DNA from: an uncultured SAR86 cluster bacterium
Lineage (GTDB): Bacteria; Pseudomonadota; Gammaproteobacteria; Magnimaribacterales; D2472
Assembly (NCBI GenBank): GCA_902591925.1
Contig: CACJCN010000003.1
Span: 145,825 to 209,824 of the forward strand
Direction of reading: 5' to 3'
Length of the DNA stretch: 64,000 bases
Part shown: in pieces, positions 48,415 to 57,757 of the stretch
Numbering within the stretch: position 1 is the first letter of the stretch
How the letters are laid out: every line of letters begins with the position of its first letter
The notes under the pieces: model-generated
What the model was told of the DNA's origin: nothing
What the model saw: the letters and a program-made list of their open reading frames with translations, nothing else
Databases searched by the model: none
Position numbers and translations under genes: made by a program

Positions 48415-49140
48415 ATGACTTTGGAAACAAATTTAATAAACATAGTTTTAATTGATACTATCCATCCTGGAAATATTGGCTCTGTTGCTAGAGCAATGAA
48501 GACGATGGGATTACAAAGATTATCACTTGTAAACCCAAGGGTTTTTCCTTCTGGTGAGTCAACTGCTCTTGCTGGTAATGCCACTGATGTTCTTGAAAAT
48601 GCAACTATTTTTGATTCCATAAAAGATGCTATCAAAGATAGCACCTTTGTTTATGCAACATCTGCTAGAGATAGATCTATCCAATGGCCGATAATGAATG
48701 CAGAGCAAGCTGCAAATAATATTTGTGATGAAGTTAATTCAAAGAAAGAAGTTTCAATAATTTTTGGAAAAGAGGATAGGGGTCTTACTAATGAAGAATT
48801 GGAACTTGCTAACAAACTCATTGAGATTCCTGCAAATCCAGAATATCCAGTTCTTAATCTAGCAATGTCTGCACAAATTATTTGTTACGAAATTCTAAAA
48901 GCATCTTCTGACGACAAAAACAAAGAATGGAGAGATTATCCTGAAGTTAATTCTGATCAATTACAACGATTAATTGATCACTTCATTGAAACTGCTGTAG
49001 ATATTGACGTTATAGATCCAGACAATCCCAAGAAAATTATTTCTCGAATTAAAAGGATGTTTACAAGGCTTCAGCCTGATGAAATGGAAGCAAGTTTTAT
49101 GAGGGGTTTTTTGTCCGGAATTAAGAAAAAAATTAAATAA
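48415..49140 (+). CDS. trmJ: tRNA (cytidine/uridine-2'-O-)-methyltransferase TrmJ (SpoU family)
   Basis: IVLIDTIHPGNIGSVARAMKTMG and FGKEDRGLTNEEL...IPANPEYPVLNLAMS motifs. ATG at 48415. Confidence 0.87.
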   Translation: MTLETNLINIVLIDTIHPGNIGSVARAMKTMGLQRLSLVNPRVFPSGESTALAGNATDVLENATIFDSIKDAIKDSTFVYATSARDRSIQWPIMNAEQAANNICDEVNSKKEVSIIFGKEDRGLTNEELELANKLIEIPANPEYPVLNLAMSAQIICYEILKASSDDKNKEWRDYPEVNSDQLQRLIDHFIETAVDIDVIDPDNPKKIISRIKRMFTRLQPDEMEASFMRGFLSGIKKKIK

Positions 49141-49189
49141 TTTTGATTTGATAATCTTATTTGATTTCATATAATACACTTTTTATCCT

Positions 49190-49265
<76 letters not shown>

Positions 49266-49277
49266 ATTTACTATTAA

Positions 49278-49300
49278 GCCCACATTAGTGGGCTTTTTTT
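49278..49300 (+). terminator. Rho-independent terminator after tRNA-Glu
   Basis: Hairpin gcccac / atta / gtgggc followed by T7. Confidence 0.8.
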
Positions 49301-49432
49301 ATCTAGTGGTTAAGAATGTTGTGAGGTTTTGGAGTTTTAATTAGCTATAGACAATATACATAAAATATATAATTTATCTTTACAAGCTAGCCTGGCATTA
49401 TTTATCTAAATTATCTATTAATAAGAGATGTT

Positions 49433-49900
49433 ATGAAAAAGTTGATGATGATTTGTTGTGTCTTTTTTGCAGTAAGCTGTTCTGTAAATAATGAAGACGA
49501 TTTAAATAGATTTGAAATACAAAAATTATATCGACTCTATGTAGATGATTTTATTGCCAATGATTTTGAAAGTATTGCTAGTTATTTTGATACCCCAGTT
49601 GATTTAAAATCATTTAATGACATTGCGGAAACAAATGAAGATGTAATTCTTTTTTTTAAAGACCTCAAAGCCAATATACAAGAAGGTTACGCATACAGCG
49701 TGATAGATAATATTAGCGTAACTGATGTTAAAGATGATACTTATTTATTATGCGCTGATTACTCTAGATACGATAACAATGATAAATTGCTTTTCGAAGG
49801 CAGGACACATTATGTTTATATCAATACTTCTGAAGGATGGAAGATTAATTCATTAGAGCCGAAAGATAGAAGTACCGATGTTCTTTGTGATCATCAATAG
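49433..49900 (+). CDS. Lipoprotein with NTF2-like (DUF4440/SnoaL-like) fold, tentative
   Basis: Signal peptide with lipobox (FFAVSC). Size and secondary-structure pattern are typical of NTF2-like proteins. Confidence 0.55.
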   Translation: MKKLMMICCVFFAVSCSVNNEDDLNRFEIQKLYRLYVDDFIANDFESIASYFDTPVDLKSFNDIAETNEDVILFFKDLKANIQEGYAYSVIDNISVTDVKDDTYLLCADYSRYDNNDKLLFEGRTHYVYINTSEGWKINSLEPKDRSTDVLCDHQ

Positions 49901-50001
49901 CTAGCTGTATGCCAGTTTAACTACATATATAAAAATATATATTGCTAAGCAACCAAAGATAACCCAACTAACCCAATTATTCACAATACTTATCCTAAAC
50001 A

Positions 50002-50466
50002 ATGTATTTTATTTTGACAAACTGCTATGGCATTATTATTTATATGTTTTTTCTGAAGATTTTAGAGAAATTAGGACGAAAAAGAGTTGTAATGGACAGA
50101 GGTCCTTCACACCCAGAATATCATTTAGCAAAACCATGGACTGACAGGTATTATTTGCTGTTTAGAAAAAGACCAAAATGGTTTCCTTTCAATATATTTA
50201 TTAATCATATTATAGATAATGACCACGGAATTGGACTGCATAATCATCCTTGTCCATATATTACAATTATTCTTAGTGGCGGCTACTGGGAGACAAACAT
50301 TAAAAAAGAAAGAAAATGGCGTGGAAAATTTTATATAGGTTTTAGAAGTGCTGACAATTTACACCGAGTTGACTTAGAGCCTGGCATTAAGCCCATTACA
50401 ATTTTTATTGCTGGTCCTTTTGGACTGAGAAGAAAAGAAAGAAGTGAATACGGGACTTGGAAATAA
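50002..50466 (+). CDS. Hypothetical protein (possible cupin-like HxH motif)
   Basis: ORF with LHNHPCPYITIILSGGYWE...NLHRV. The start is ambiguous (ATGs at 50002, 50044 and 50092). Confidence 0.45.
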   Translation: MYFILTNCYGIIIYMFFLKILEKLGRKRVVMDRGPSHPEYHLAKPWTDRYYLLFRKRPKWFPFNIFINHIIDNDHGIGLHNHPCPYITIILSGGYWETNIKKERKWRGKFYIGFRSADNLHRVDLEPGIKPITIFIAGPFGLRRKERSEYGTWK

Positions 50467-50487
50467 TTTTTTTCTAAAATGAACTGA

Positions 50488-50775
50488 TCAAGTTATTAAT
50501 TTTGGTATTAAGCCTATTTGAGCAAGAACACCTAAAATAATCATTAATACAAAAGCTGCCAGAATTTGTAAATTCTTTTTTTCAATCAGATCAAAGAGAT
50601 CTTCTAAAACTTTTCTTATAAAATCATCAACACTGCCCATTAATTTAACAGCTTTTCTTGTCCATTTGTCAGTCTTATCAATTAGCGGAATAGCAAGTGC
50701 AACTATAATAAGCCACACAATTCCATTTAAAATCATGTCAATAATCCACCCAATTAATATCCAATCGATCTTCAT
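50488..50775 (-). CDS. Small membrane protein, hypothetical
   Basis: 95 aa with two hydrophobic segments flanking an amphipathic central region. Confidence 0.45.
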   Translation of the reverse strand: MKIDWILIGWIIDMILNGIVWLIIVALAIPLIDKTDKWTRKAVKLMGSVDDFIRKVLEDLFDLIEKKNLQILAAFVLMIILGVLAQIGLIPKLIT

Positions 50776-50809
50776 AGTTTCATAGTATAACTTTTGATAC
50801 TATAAGTGG

Positions 50810-50920
50810 ATGAACAAATTATTTACAAAAATATCCACTTTAATTATTGGATTATCAGTCGGTGCAATAATTTACTTTTCTCTATGGTCAATATTTGTTT
50901 ATTTCGGATACGTAAATTAA
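50810..50920 (+). CDS. Possible 36-aa hydrophobic micro-protein
   Basis: ATG...TAA ORF encoding MNKLFTKISTLIIGLSVGAIIYFSLWSIFVYFGYVN, in an otherwise unassigned 211-nt gap. No SD is evident. Below the ORF-track size cutoff. Confidence 0.2.
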   Translation: MNKLFTKISTLIIGLSVGAIIYFSLWSIFVYFGYVN

Positions 50921-50986
50921 GTTAAATTTTTTTACTATTATCTCTATATTTAATGTAAGATTTCTATTTCTCACTTAGGATTATAA

Positions 50987-51232
50987 ATGAATATATATGT
51001 CGGAAATATATCTTGGGGATTAACAGACCAAGATCTAGAAAATGTTTTTGCCGAATACGGTACAGTTGATTCTGCAAAAATTATTACAGACAGAGCAACT
51101 GGTCGTTCAAGAGGCTTTGGATTTGTTGAAATGAGCGATGGAGCAGAAGCTGCTATCGAAGCACTAAACGGAACTGAAGTTGACGGAAGAGAACTAGTTG
51201 TTAATGAATCAAGACCCAAAGATAAAAGCTAA
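50987..51232 (+). CDS. RRM-type RNA-binding protein
   Basis: 81 aa with RNP-2 IYVGNI and RNP-1 RGFGFVEM. Confidence 0.9.
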   Translation: MNIYVGNISWGLTDQDLENVFAEYGTVDSAKIITDRATGRSRGFGFVEMSDGAEAAIEALNGTEVDGRELVVNESRPKDKS

Positions 51233-51624
51233 TTAAGACTCTCTAAAGCCTCTATCATTTTTTCTTGAACCTTTTGAACTGCTTTGAATGGTCTAATCAT
51301 GACTTTGAAGTTGCTTATCTTGCCGTCTTCATTCCACTCAATCATATCAACACCATTTACTGAGATGTCATCTATATATGTTTCAAACTCTAATACAGAA
51401 TTCATATCATCATGAATTTCTTTTGTATATTTAAACTTTTCCATATTAAAAGATTGACCTGCTGCATGGAGATACATCATAGTGATTTCTTTGCCTTGCA
51501 TTGGCTTAAAGACAACAGGTGATGAAAATACAGCGTTATCAGCAATAATTTCATCTAGCATTTTAAGATCATCACTTTCAATAACTTCGTGCCATTTATG
51601 GATTAAATTTTTTGCTTTACTCAT
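51229..51624 (-). CDS. NTF2-family (SnoaL-like) protein
   Basis: 131 aa. The N-terminal helix pattern (IHKWHEVIESDDLKMLDEIIADNAVFSSP) is typical of SnoaL-like proteins. Confidence 0.7.
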   Translation of the reverse strand: MSKAKNLIHKWHEVIESDDLKMLDEIIADNAVFSSPVVFKPMQGKEITMMYLHAAGQSFNMEKFKYTKEIHDDMNSVLEFETYIDDISVNGVDMIEWNEDGKISNFKVMIRPFKAVQKVQEKMIEALESLN

Positions 51625-51720
51625 TATTTAAAAGTTATATAAAAATATTGCTATATTTTAAACATAAAAATATCGAAATTTATAAAATATAGTAGTATCT
51701 TATAATTAGAGGAGTTCGAT

Positions 51721-52152
51721 ATGAAAAATTTATTTTTGTCTGTTTTAATATTGCCAGGTTTACTATTTGGCATGCATCATGAAAAGAATCCAATAATTTT
51801 TTATTTGGATTTGGAAATCGCTGATGGAAAATCAGATGGTGTTGAACAATTTGTAGATTATTTAGTGACTGCTGTTAATGAAACAGAGCCTAAAACAATG
51901 TATTACAAATATTGGATTTCAGAGGATAAAAAAAATGTTTCTTTGATGGAGGTTTATCATTCAAATGAGGATGCTATTTTCCATATGAATGCTTTTGCAG
52001 AAGCGCCTCACAGAGATAAATTTCTTGAAACTTTTATTGTGAAAAGCTTCCAAGTTCTTGGTGATACAAATGATGACCTAAAAAATGCCATGGAAGCCTA
52101 CACAAATGACCATAGGACTTTAATGAATGGGTTTCAAAGGAAGAAGAAATAA
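51721..52152 (+). CDS. ABM-like (dimeric alpha+beta barrel) protein with N-terminal signal-like segment
   Basis: 143 aa with a strong SD (aggag), hydrophobic N-terminus, and YYKYWISEDKKNVSLMEVYHSNEDAIFHMN resembling antibiotic-biosynthesis-monooxygenase domains. Confidence 0.55.
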   Translation: MKNLFLSVLILPGLLFGMHHEKNPIIFYLDLEIADGKSDGVEQFVDYLVTAVNETEPKTMYYKYWISEDKKNVSLMEVYHSNEDAIFHMNAFAEAPHRDKFLETFIVKSFQVLGDTNDDLKNAMEAYTNDHRTLMNGFQRKKK

Positions 52153-52517
52153 TGACCAATAAAGAACAAATTGAAAAATGTATTAATGTTTATTATGCAG
52201 GATGCTGTGAATCTGATTCAGAAAAAATTAAAGAGGCTTTTGATAACAATGCAATGATTTCAGGATATTTACCTGATGGACTTCATGAAATGAATTTAGA
52301 CGAGTTTTCAGAATTTGTTTCAGCTCAACAACCTTCACCAAAAGAAAAGGGCGATGAAGAATTTCTTGAAATAATTTCTTGTGAGATTGTTGGTGATACA
52401 GCAATTGTTCAAATAAGAGAGGCATACTTGGGAATGATATTTATTGATTCATTCTCTTTTTTAAAAAAAGATGATACATGGAAAATATATACAAAATTGT
52501 TTCATGTGGAATCATAA
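52152..52517 (+). CDS. NTF2-like protein (lumazine-binding/SnoaL_3-like)
   Basis: 121 aa. TAATG overlap with the upstream ABM-like gene. The C-terminal KKDDTWKIYTKLFH is typical of the fold. Confidence 0.65.
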   Translation: MTNKEQIEKCINVYYAGCCESDSEKIKEAFDNNAMISGYLPDGLHEMNLDEFSEFVSAQQPSPKEKGDEEFLEIISCEIVGDTAIVQIREAYLGMIFIDSFSFLKKDDTWKIYTKLFHVES

Positions 52518-52541
52518 GAAACATATACAGAGGAGAAAAAT

Positions 52542-53396
52542 ATGTTAAATAAAAATAAACTAGTATTTGCTAGTGTGATTGGAGCTTTATTTATTGCAAG
52601 CTGTTCAAATGAAATGTCTATTGAGTCATCATCAGATAGTGCTGGCGGCGGTAAAGCATATGCTGAATTTATGGCATGTTCAGCTGGACCTGATTTTAAT
52701 GCAGAGAATGCAATGAAGATGATTGGTGATTGGCAAAAATTAATTACAGCAGAATCTTTATATGGTGCTTGGGGATATGTTCCTGCAGCGGATACAAACT
52801 CCACTGGAGATACTTTATGGTGGGAACTAAATTGGAGTTCTAAAGAAGAAGCTGATGCTGAATGGGAAGCATGGTCTCAAAATGAAGATGGTCAAGCTTG
52901 GGCAGAGGAATATTCAAATGTAATGGTTTGCGATGGACCTGGCAGAAATTCATTTGATGCTGATTATCCAATTGCACCTGGCACATATGGGAGCACTAAT
53001 GAAAGTGGTTATTTTTATAGTGAATATTACGGATGTAATTATATCGACGGCGCAGGAAGAAATGACGCAGAAGAATTTTTACCTGGGTTTGTAAATGCAG
53101 TTGGTAATTCTGATTATAGTGATACAAACTACTCTTTTGGAAATTATTTTGCTCATAAGAATCCCAATGGCTCTCATGTAGATGCTAACATTGACTTCAT
53201 GTGGGCAAATTTTACTGATAGCAAAGATTCAATGGATAAAGCAGCAAGTTCTTTTGAAAAAGATGTAAGAGATGAAATGTTTCCATTGTTTAGCGAATTT
53301 GCAAGCTGTGCAGAGGTTCCAGATGTCTATCATAGTTGGACTTTTTATAACAGCAGTGCAAAAGACTTTATGCCGGACTTTACAAAAAGAAATTAA
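52542..53396 (+). CDS. Lipoprotein of unknown function with internal two-domain duplication
   Basis: Lipobox LFIASC. Acidic and Trp-rich. Two ~115-aa halves share a Y.E...C...W.LNWSSKEE/W.ANFTDSKD...C pattern. Confidence 0.7.
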   Translation: MLNKNKLVFASVIGALFIASCSNEMSIESSSDSAGGGKAYAEFMACSAGPDFNAENAMKMIGDWQKLITAESLYGAWGYVPAADTNSTGDTLWWELNWSSKEEADAEWEAWSQNEDGQAWAEEYSNVMVCDGPGRNSFDADYPIAPGTYGSTNESGYFYSEYYGCNYIDGAGRNDAEEFLPGFVNAVGNSDYSDTNYSFGNYFAHKNPNGSHVDANIDFMWANFTDSKDSMDKAASSFEKDVRDEMFPLFSEFASCAEVPDVYHSWTFYNSSAKDFMPDFTKRN

Positions 53397-53407
53397 GTAA
53401 ATATTTT

Positions 53408-53441
53408 AAAAGAAGCTGCCTTAGGCAGCTTCTTTTTTTTG
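53408..53441 (+). terminator. Rho-independent terminator
   Basis: Hairpin agaagctgcc / tta / ggcagcttct followed by T8. Confidence 0.85.
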
Positions 53442-53459
53442 TGGTACATTTTACATACT

Positions 53460-54551
53460 ATGATTATTGGTGTTCCAAAAGAAGTTAAAAACAACGAATG
53501 TAGAGTCGGCTTGACTCCAAATTCAGTAAAATGTTTGGTAGATTCTGGACATAAGATTATCTTTCAAAAAAATGCTGGAGCTGGAATTGGATATTTTGAT
53601 GATCAGTATTTAAATGCTGGTGCAAAGTTAATTCAATCAGCAGAAGAGGTGTATCAGTCCTCAGAAATGATAGTGAAAGTTAAAGAACCGATTCCAGATG
53701 AATATGGATTTCTTAGAGATGATTTAACTCTATTTGCCTATCTACATCTTGCTGGTGATCCCGCAAATGCAAAAAAATTAATAGACACCGGTGTGACAGG
53801 TATTGCATATGAGACTGTAACTTCAGATGAAGGCTCTATGCCGCTCCTTGCTCCAATGAGCACTATTGCTGGCCAACTAGCTTTCATAGTTGGTTCGTAT
53901 CATTTGCTAAAACCATATAAAGGTAAGGGTATCTTGTTGGGTGAAATGGAAAATATGAATCCGAGAAATGTTACTGTTATTGGAGCTGGTGTAGCTGGAA
54001 CTCAATCCATTATTAAAGCAATAAATAACAGAGCATTTGTAAAAGTTCTAGATTCATCCCAGTCAAAATTAGACGACCTAATGTCAAGATTTGGAACAAA
54101 TAATATTCAATATATTTTATCAACTGAGGATTCTATTCAATCTTCAATAAATGAATCTGACCTTGTTATAGGAAGTGTTTATGTTGTTGGCAAAGAAGCC
54201 CCAAAAGTAGTTAAAAAAGATATGTTGATGAGTATGAAACCAGGCACAGTGATGGTAGATGTTTCTATTGATCAAGGAGGCTGTTTTGAAACAAGTAAAC
54301 CAACGACACATGATGATCCAATATTTGTTGAAGATGATATTGTTCATTATTGCGTAACAAATATGCCTGGAGCAGTTCCATTGACTGCTACGGAGGCACT
54401 CAATAGTGTAACTCTTCCATACATAAAAGAGCTTGCACAAAAAGGAGTTCAAAGTACTCTCGAGACTAACAAGCACATAAGAAATGGCTTAAATATTAAA
54501 GGTGGTGAAATAATTCACCCTAGCGTGAAAGAAGCTCTTGAAAAAGAGTAA
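53460..54551 (+). CDS. ald: Alanine dehydrogenase
   Basis: MIIGVPKEVKNNECRVGLTP start and NAD motif VIGAGVAGT. Confidence 0.94.
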   Translation: MIIGVPKEVKNNECRVGLTPNSVKCLVDSGHKIIFQKNAGAGIGYFDDQYLNAGAKLIQSAEEVYQSSEMIVKVKEPIPDEYGFLRDDLTLFAYLHLAGDPANAKKLIDTGVTGIAYETVTSDEGSMPLLAPMSTIAGQLAFIVGSYHLLKPYKGKGILLGEMENMNPRNVTVIGAGVAGTQSIIKAINNRAFVKVLDSSQSKLDDLMSRFGTNNIQYILSTEDSIQSSINESDLVIGSVYVVGKEAPKVVKKDMLMSMKPGTVMVDVSIDQGGCFETSKPTTHDDPIFVEDDIVHYCVTNMPGAVPLTATEALNSVTLPYIKELAQKGVQSTLETNKHIRNGLNIKGGEIIHPSVKEALEKE

Positions 54552-54555
54552 CTTA

Positions 54556-55899
54556 ATGCTAAGAAAGTATTTCTTATTTTCATTTTTGTTATTAATTTCA
54601 TTTTTTGCATTTACCAATGACCAAAAAAATTCACTCATCGAAACTTATAACAAAACATATGATCGAGAGTTGGTAGACATTGTCATTAAAGATAATATTG
54701 ATATTAAAGGTAAAGTAACCTCAGCTGGGTCTTTAGCTTTATCGGATAATATTGCTGAAAAAAATGCATTTGTTGTTAATAAATTAATTCAAGCAAATTA
54801 TTTTATATTTGGAAAGGCTAATCTATCAGAGTGGGCAAATTTTAGGTCTGAAAATTCCGTTAGTGGTTGGTCAAGTTTTGGTGGCCAAACCAAACATTTT
54901 TTAAGTGATGAATATAATCCTTGTGGGTCTAGTTCAGGTTCAGCAGTTGCTGTAGCTCAAGGATTGGTTGATATTGCAATTGGTACAGAAACAAATGGAT
55001 CTATTTCCTGTCCATCCTCAATAAATGGAATAGTTGGAATGAAGCCAACTACAGGTCTTGTAAGCAGATCAGGAATTATTCCTATTTCATCTTCTCAGGA
55101 TACTGCAGGACCAATGGGAAAAAATGTTGAAATTGTTGCAAAAACGCTTGAGGCAATATCTGGAAAAGACATTAATGATGAAGCAACGTTATTGATACCA
55201 GATGATTTTGAATTTAATTTTTCAAGTGTAGTAAAAAACAAAAGACTTGATGGAAAAAGGTTTGGATTACTTAATTCAGACAATAAAGATGCAAATGTAA
55301 TTAAATTACATAATGAAATTAGAATTCTTGTTTCTTCTTTGGGAGGCGAGGTTATTGATATTTATGATGATAGAACATACCCAGAATCAGCAGAGTATTA
55401 TATTCTTTTGTATGAATTTAGGATTGATCTTGAAAAATATCTTCAAGAATCAGACTCAGCTATGGAAAATTTAGAAGATATTGTTAATTTTAATAACAAC
55501 AATAAGGAAACTGTAATGCCATATTTTGGTCAAGATATTTTTTATCAATCTCTTAATAGCAAAAGCTATTTAAAGTACCTTTGGTCCAAATTCAAAATTA
55601 AAAAATCATATGAAGCAACTCTTAAATTACTTAAAAAATATAATTTAGATGCATTTATTGGATTAACTAGAGGGCCTGCCTGGAAAATAAATTATCAAGG
55701 AGGTGACTGGCCAGCTATGAGAGATTCTTTATTAATTAGTAGTGGTGGTTATGCTGCACATAATGGGATGCCACACATAACAATCCCATATTTCGAACTA
55801 AATGAATTTCCTGTTGGAATTTCACTGATTGGTCGAAAATGGGATGACATGTCAATCATTAGTTATGCTGCTGCAATAGAGAAAACTAAGTCAAATTAA
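54556..55899 (+). CDS. Secreted amidase (amidase-signature family)
   Basis: Signal peptide, catalytic K (DIKG), the GTETNGSISCPSS cis-Ser/Ser region and the Gly/Ser-rich CGSSSGSAVAVA. Confidence 0.87.
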   Translation: MLRKYFLFSFLLLISFFAFTNDQKNSLIETYNKTYDRELVDIVIKDNIDIKGKVTSAGSLALSDNIAEKNAFVVNKLIQANYFIFGKANLSEWANFRSENSVSGWSSFGGQTKHFLSDEYNPCGSSSGSAVAVAQGLVDIAIGTETNGSISCPSSINGIVGMKPTTGLVSRSGIIPISSSQDTAGPMGKNVEIVAKTLEAISGKDINDEATLLIPDDFEFNFSSVVKNKRLDGKRFGLLNSDNKDANVIKLHNEIRILVSSLGGEVIDIYDDRTYPESAEYYILLYEFRIDLEKYLQESDSAMENLEDIVNFNNNNKETVMPYFGQDIFYQSLNSKSYLKYLWSKFKIKKSYEATLKLLKKYNLDAFIGLTRGPAWKINYQGGDWPAMRDSLLISSGGYAAHNGMPHITIPYFELNEFPVGISLIGRKWDDMSIISYAAAIEKTKSN

Positions 55900-55931
55900 T
55901 TTACAATTAATAGAAATTAGGAGCATTGATT

Positions 55932-56939
55932 ATGGAAAAAGTTTTAGTTACCGGTGCAACTGGCTACATTGCCCTTCATTGTGTTCAACAATTGTTAGAT
56001 AAGGGATATGCAGTTAATGGATCAATAAGATCTCCAGAAAGAAAAAATGAAATAATAGACGCATTAAAAAACTCCAATACTTCAACAGAAAATCTGAACC
56101 TATTTACTTTTAATTTAACTAGCGATGACGGTTGGGATGCAGGCATGGAGGGATGTGATTACGTTCTTCATGTTGCTTCACCTCTCGCACTTGAAAATCA
56201 TACTGAAGATTATTTTGTAAAACCTGCAGTGGAAGGAGCAATGCGTGCATTAAAGTTTGCAAAAAAACATAATGTAAAAAAAGTAGTCTTAACATCATCA
56301 GTTGCTGCAATTTTTGAAACAGGTATTGAAAAAGTTGATTATGATGAGAATGATTGGTCCGATCCTGATAATCCCAAAATTAGTAATTATGCTAAAAGTA
56401 AAACTCTAGCTGAAAAAGCTGCCTGGGATTTTCTTGATCAGGAAGATAATCCATTTGAATTTGCTGTAATAAATCCAGCTCTTGTAATTGGTCCATCTTT
56501 ATCTGGCGACTTAGGAGTTTCGAATTTTGCAATTGAGATGGTTGTAACTGGAAAGATGCCAGTCGCCATTCCACTCCAATTTGGTTTTGTTGATGTGCGT
56601 GATGTTGCAACTGCGCATATATTGGCAATGGAAAATACTGAAAGCAACGGAGAAAGATTTGCTTTAGCAGAAAGTGATTTGTGGTATAGAGACATAGCAA
56701 ATCTTCTTCGAAAAAATGGGTTTGATAAAGCACCTACATTTTCAGTTCCAGTATGGCTAGCAAAGATCTTGGCAGTCTTTAATAAAGAGTTAAAAGTTAC
56801 AGTGCCGTATTTAGGGAGAGTAAGGAGTGTTGTAAAGGCAACAAAAGCCAAGGATATATTAGGATGGAACCCAAGACCTTCTGAGGACTCTATATTAGAA
56901 ATCGCAAATCAAATCAAAGATATGGGTTTGATTAAATAA
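55932..56939 (+). CDS. NAD(P)-dependent extended SDR (aldehyde / dihydroflavonol-4-reductase-like)
   Basis: VLVTGATGYIALH and YAKSK (YxxxK) motifs. Confidence 0.83.
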   Translation: MEKVLVTGATGYIALHCVQQLLDKGYAVNGSIRSPERKNEIIDALKNSNTSTENLNLFTFNLTSDDGWDAGMEGCDYVLHVASPLALENHTEDYFVKPAVEGAMRALKFAKKHNVKKVVLTSSVAAIFETGIEKVDYDENDWSDPDNPKISNYAKSKTLAEKAAWDFLDQEDNPFEFAVINPALVIGPSLSGDLGVSNFAIEMVVTGKMPVAIPLQFGFVDVRDVATAHILAMENTESNGERFALAESDLWYRDIANLLRKNGFDKAPTFSVPVWLAKILAVFNKELKVTVPYLGRVRSVVKATKAKDILGWNPRPSEDSILEIANQIKDMGLIK

Positions 56940-57681
56940 TTCCAGGAATTATTGCTTTTCTAGTTTTAGGGTAATCTTCAAATTTACTTTTATACCATCT
57001 ATGATGGGATATTGCTCTTGGAAAAAGATTTGCAATTACCCAAATCAAGAAAACAACACCAGAAATGCTCCAAGTTAAAATCGCCCAACCTATCCATTCA
57101 ATTATTTCACCAAAATAGTTAGGAGCAGATAGATATTTATATAAAAATTTATCTGGAATATGATAACCAGGACCTTTATTTTTTTTCATATCAACAATAA
57201 TATAATCAGACTTTATATTGATGTACATTCCAGTTATAAAAATTAACAAACCAATAAGAAAAATTGGACTATTAATCCAGTTTTCAGAGTACTCAGTAAA
57301 GTAAAAAATCCCAAAAGCCTGAATACTTACATTAACAATGTTAAAAAAGAATGCTGAACATGCAATTGAAATTGGCATTTTTGGATTTGTCATCGAAATT
57401 AAGAAAGGATAGATAAATGTTCTATGCACATAATGCGTCAGCCATATTAAAAGAAATATTGTATGAACAGTTTGAAGCTGATCTCTGACGATAAATCCAT
57501 AAATCAACATCAATATTACACATGGAGATTCCATTACTATCCATCCAAGTCTAGCTGAAATTTCAACTCCCCAACCTTCTTTTATGTGACGGCCATATGG
57601 AGCACTCTCAAAGAATAAATATACAAATGTAATTAGACCTATTAGAACCCATATTGAAATTAATATATAAAAAGTATTCAT
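56932..57681 (-). CDS. 3-oxo-5-alpha-steroid 4-dehydrogenase (SRD5A/DUF1295)-family membrane reductase
   Basis: 249 aa, polytopic. The C-terminal NYFGEIIEWIGWA...HHRWYKSKFEDYPKTRKAIIPGII is typical of the family. Confidence 0.78.
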   Translation of the reverse strand: MNTFYILISIWVLIGLITFVYLFFESAPYGRHIKEGWGVEISARLGWIVMESPCVILMLIYGFIVRDQLQTVHTIFLLIWLTHYVHRTFIYPFLISMTNPKMPISIACSAFFFNIVNVSIQAFGIFYFTEYSENWINSPIFLIGLLIFITGMYINIKSDYIIVDMKKNKGPGYHIPDKFLYKYLSAPNYFGEIIEWIGWAILTWSISGVVFLIWVIANLFPRAISHHRWYKSKFEDYPKTRKAIIPGII

Positions 57682-57757
57682 AAAAATTTAATAAACAAAG
57701 TTTACAGCTATGATTCTAAAACTTAAACTAATTAAATAATTTTTTGATTACAAATAA

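Noticed and set aside
49266-53441. Integrase-mediated genomic island at tRNA-Glu.
   Set aside because: There is no integrase, transposase or phage gene, and I could not find a direct repeat of the tRNA 3' end downstream. It is treated only as a variable or accessory region.
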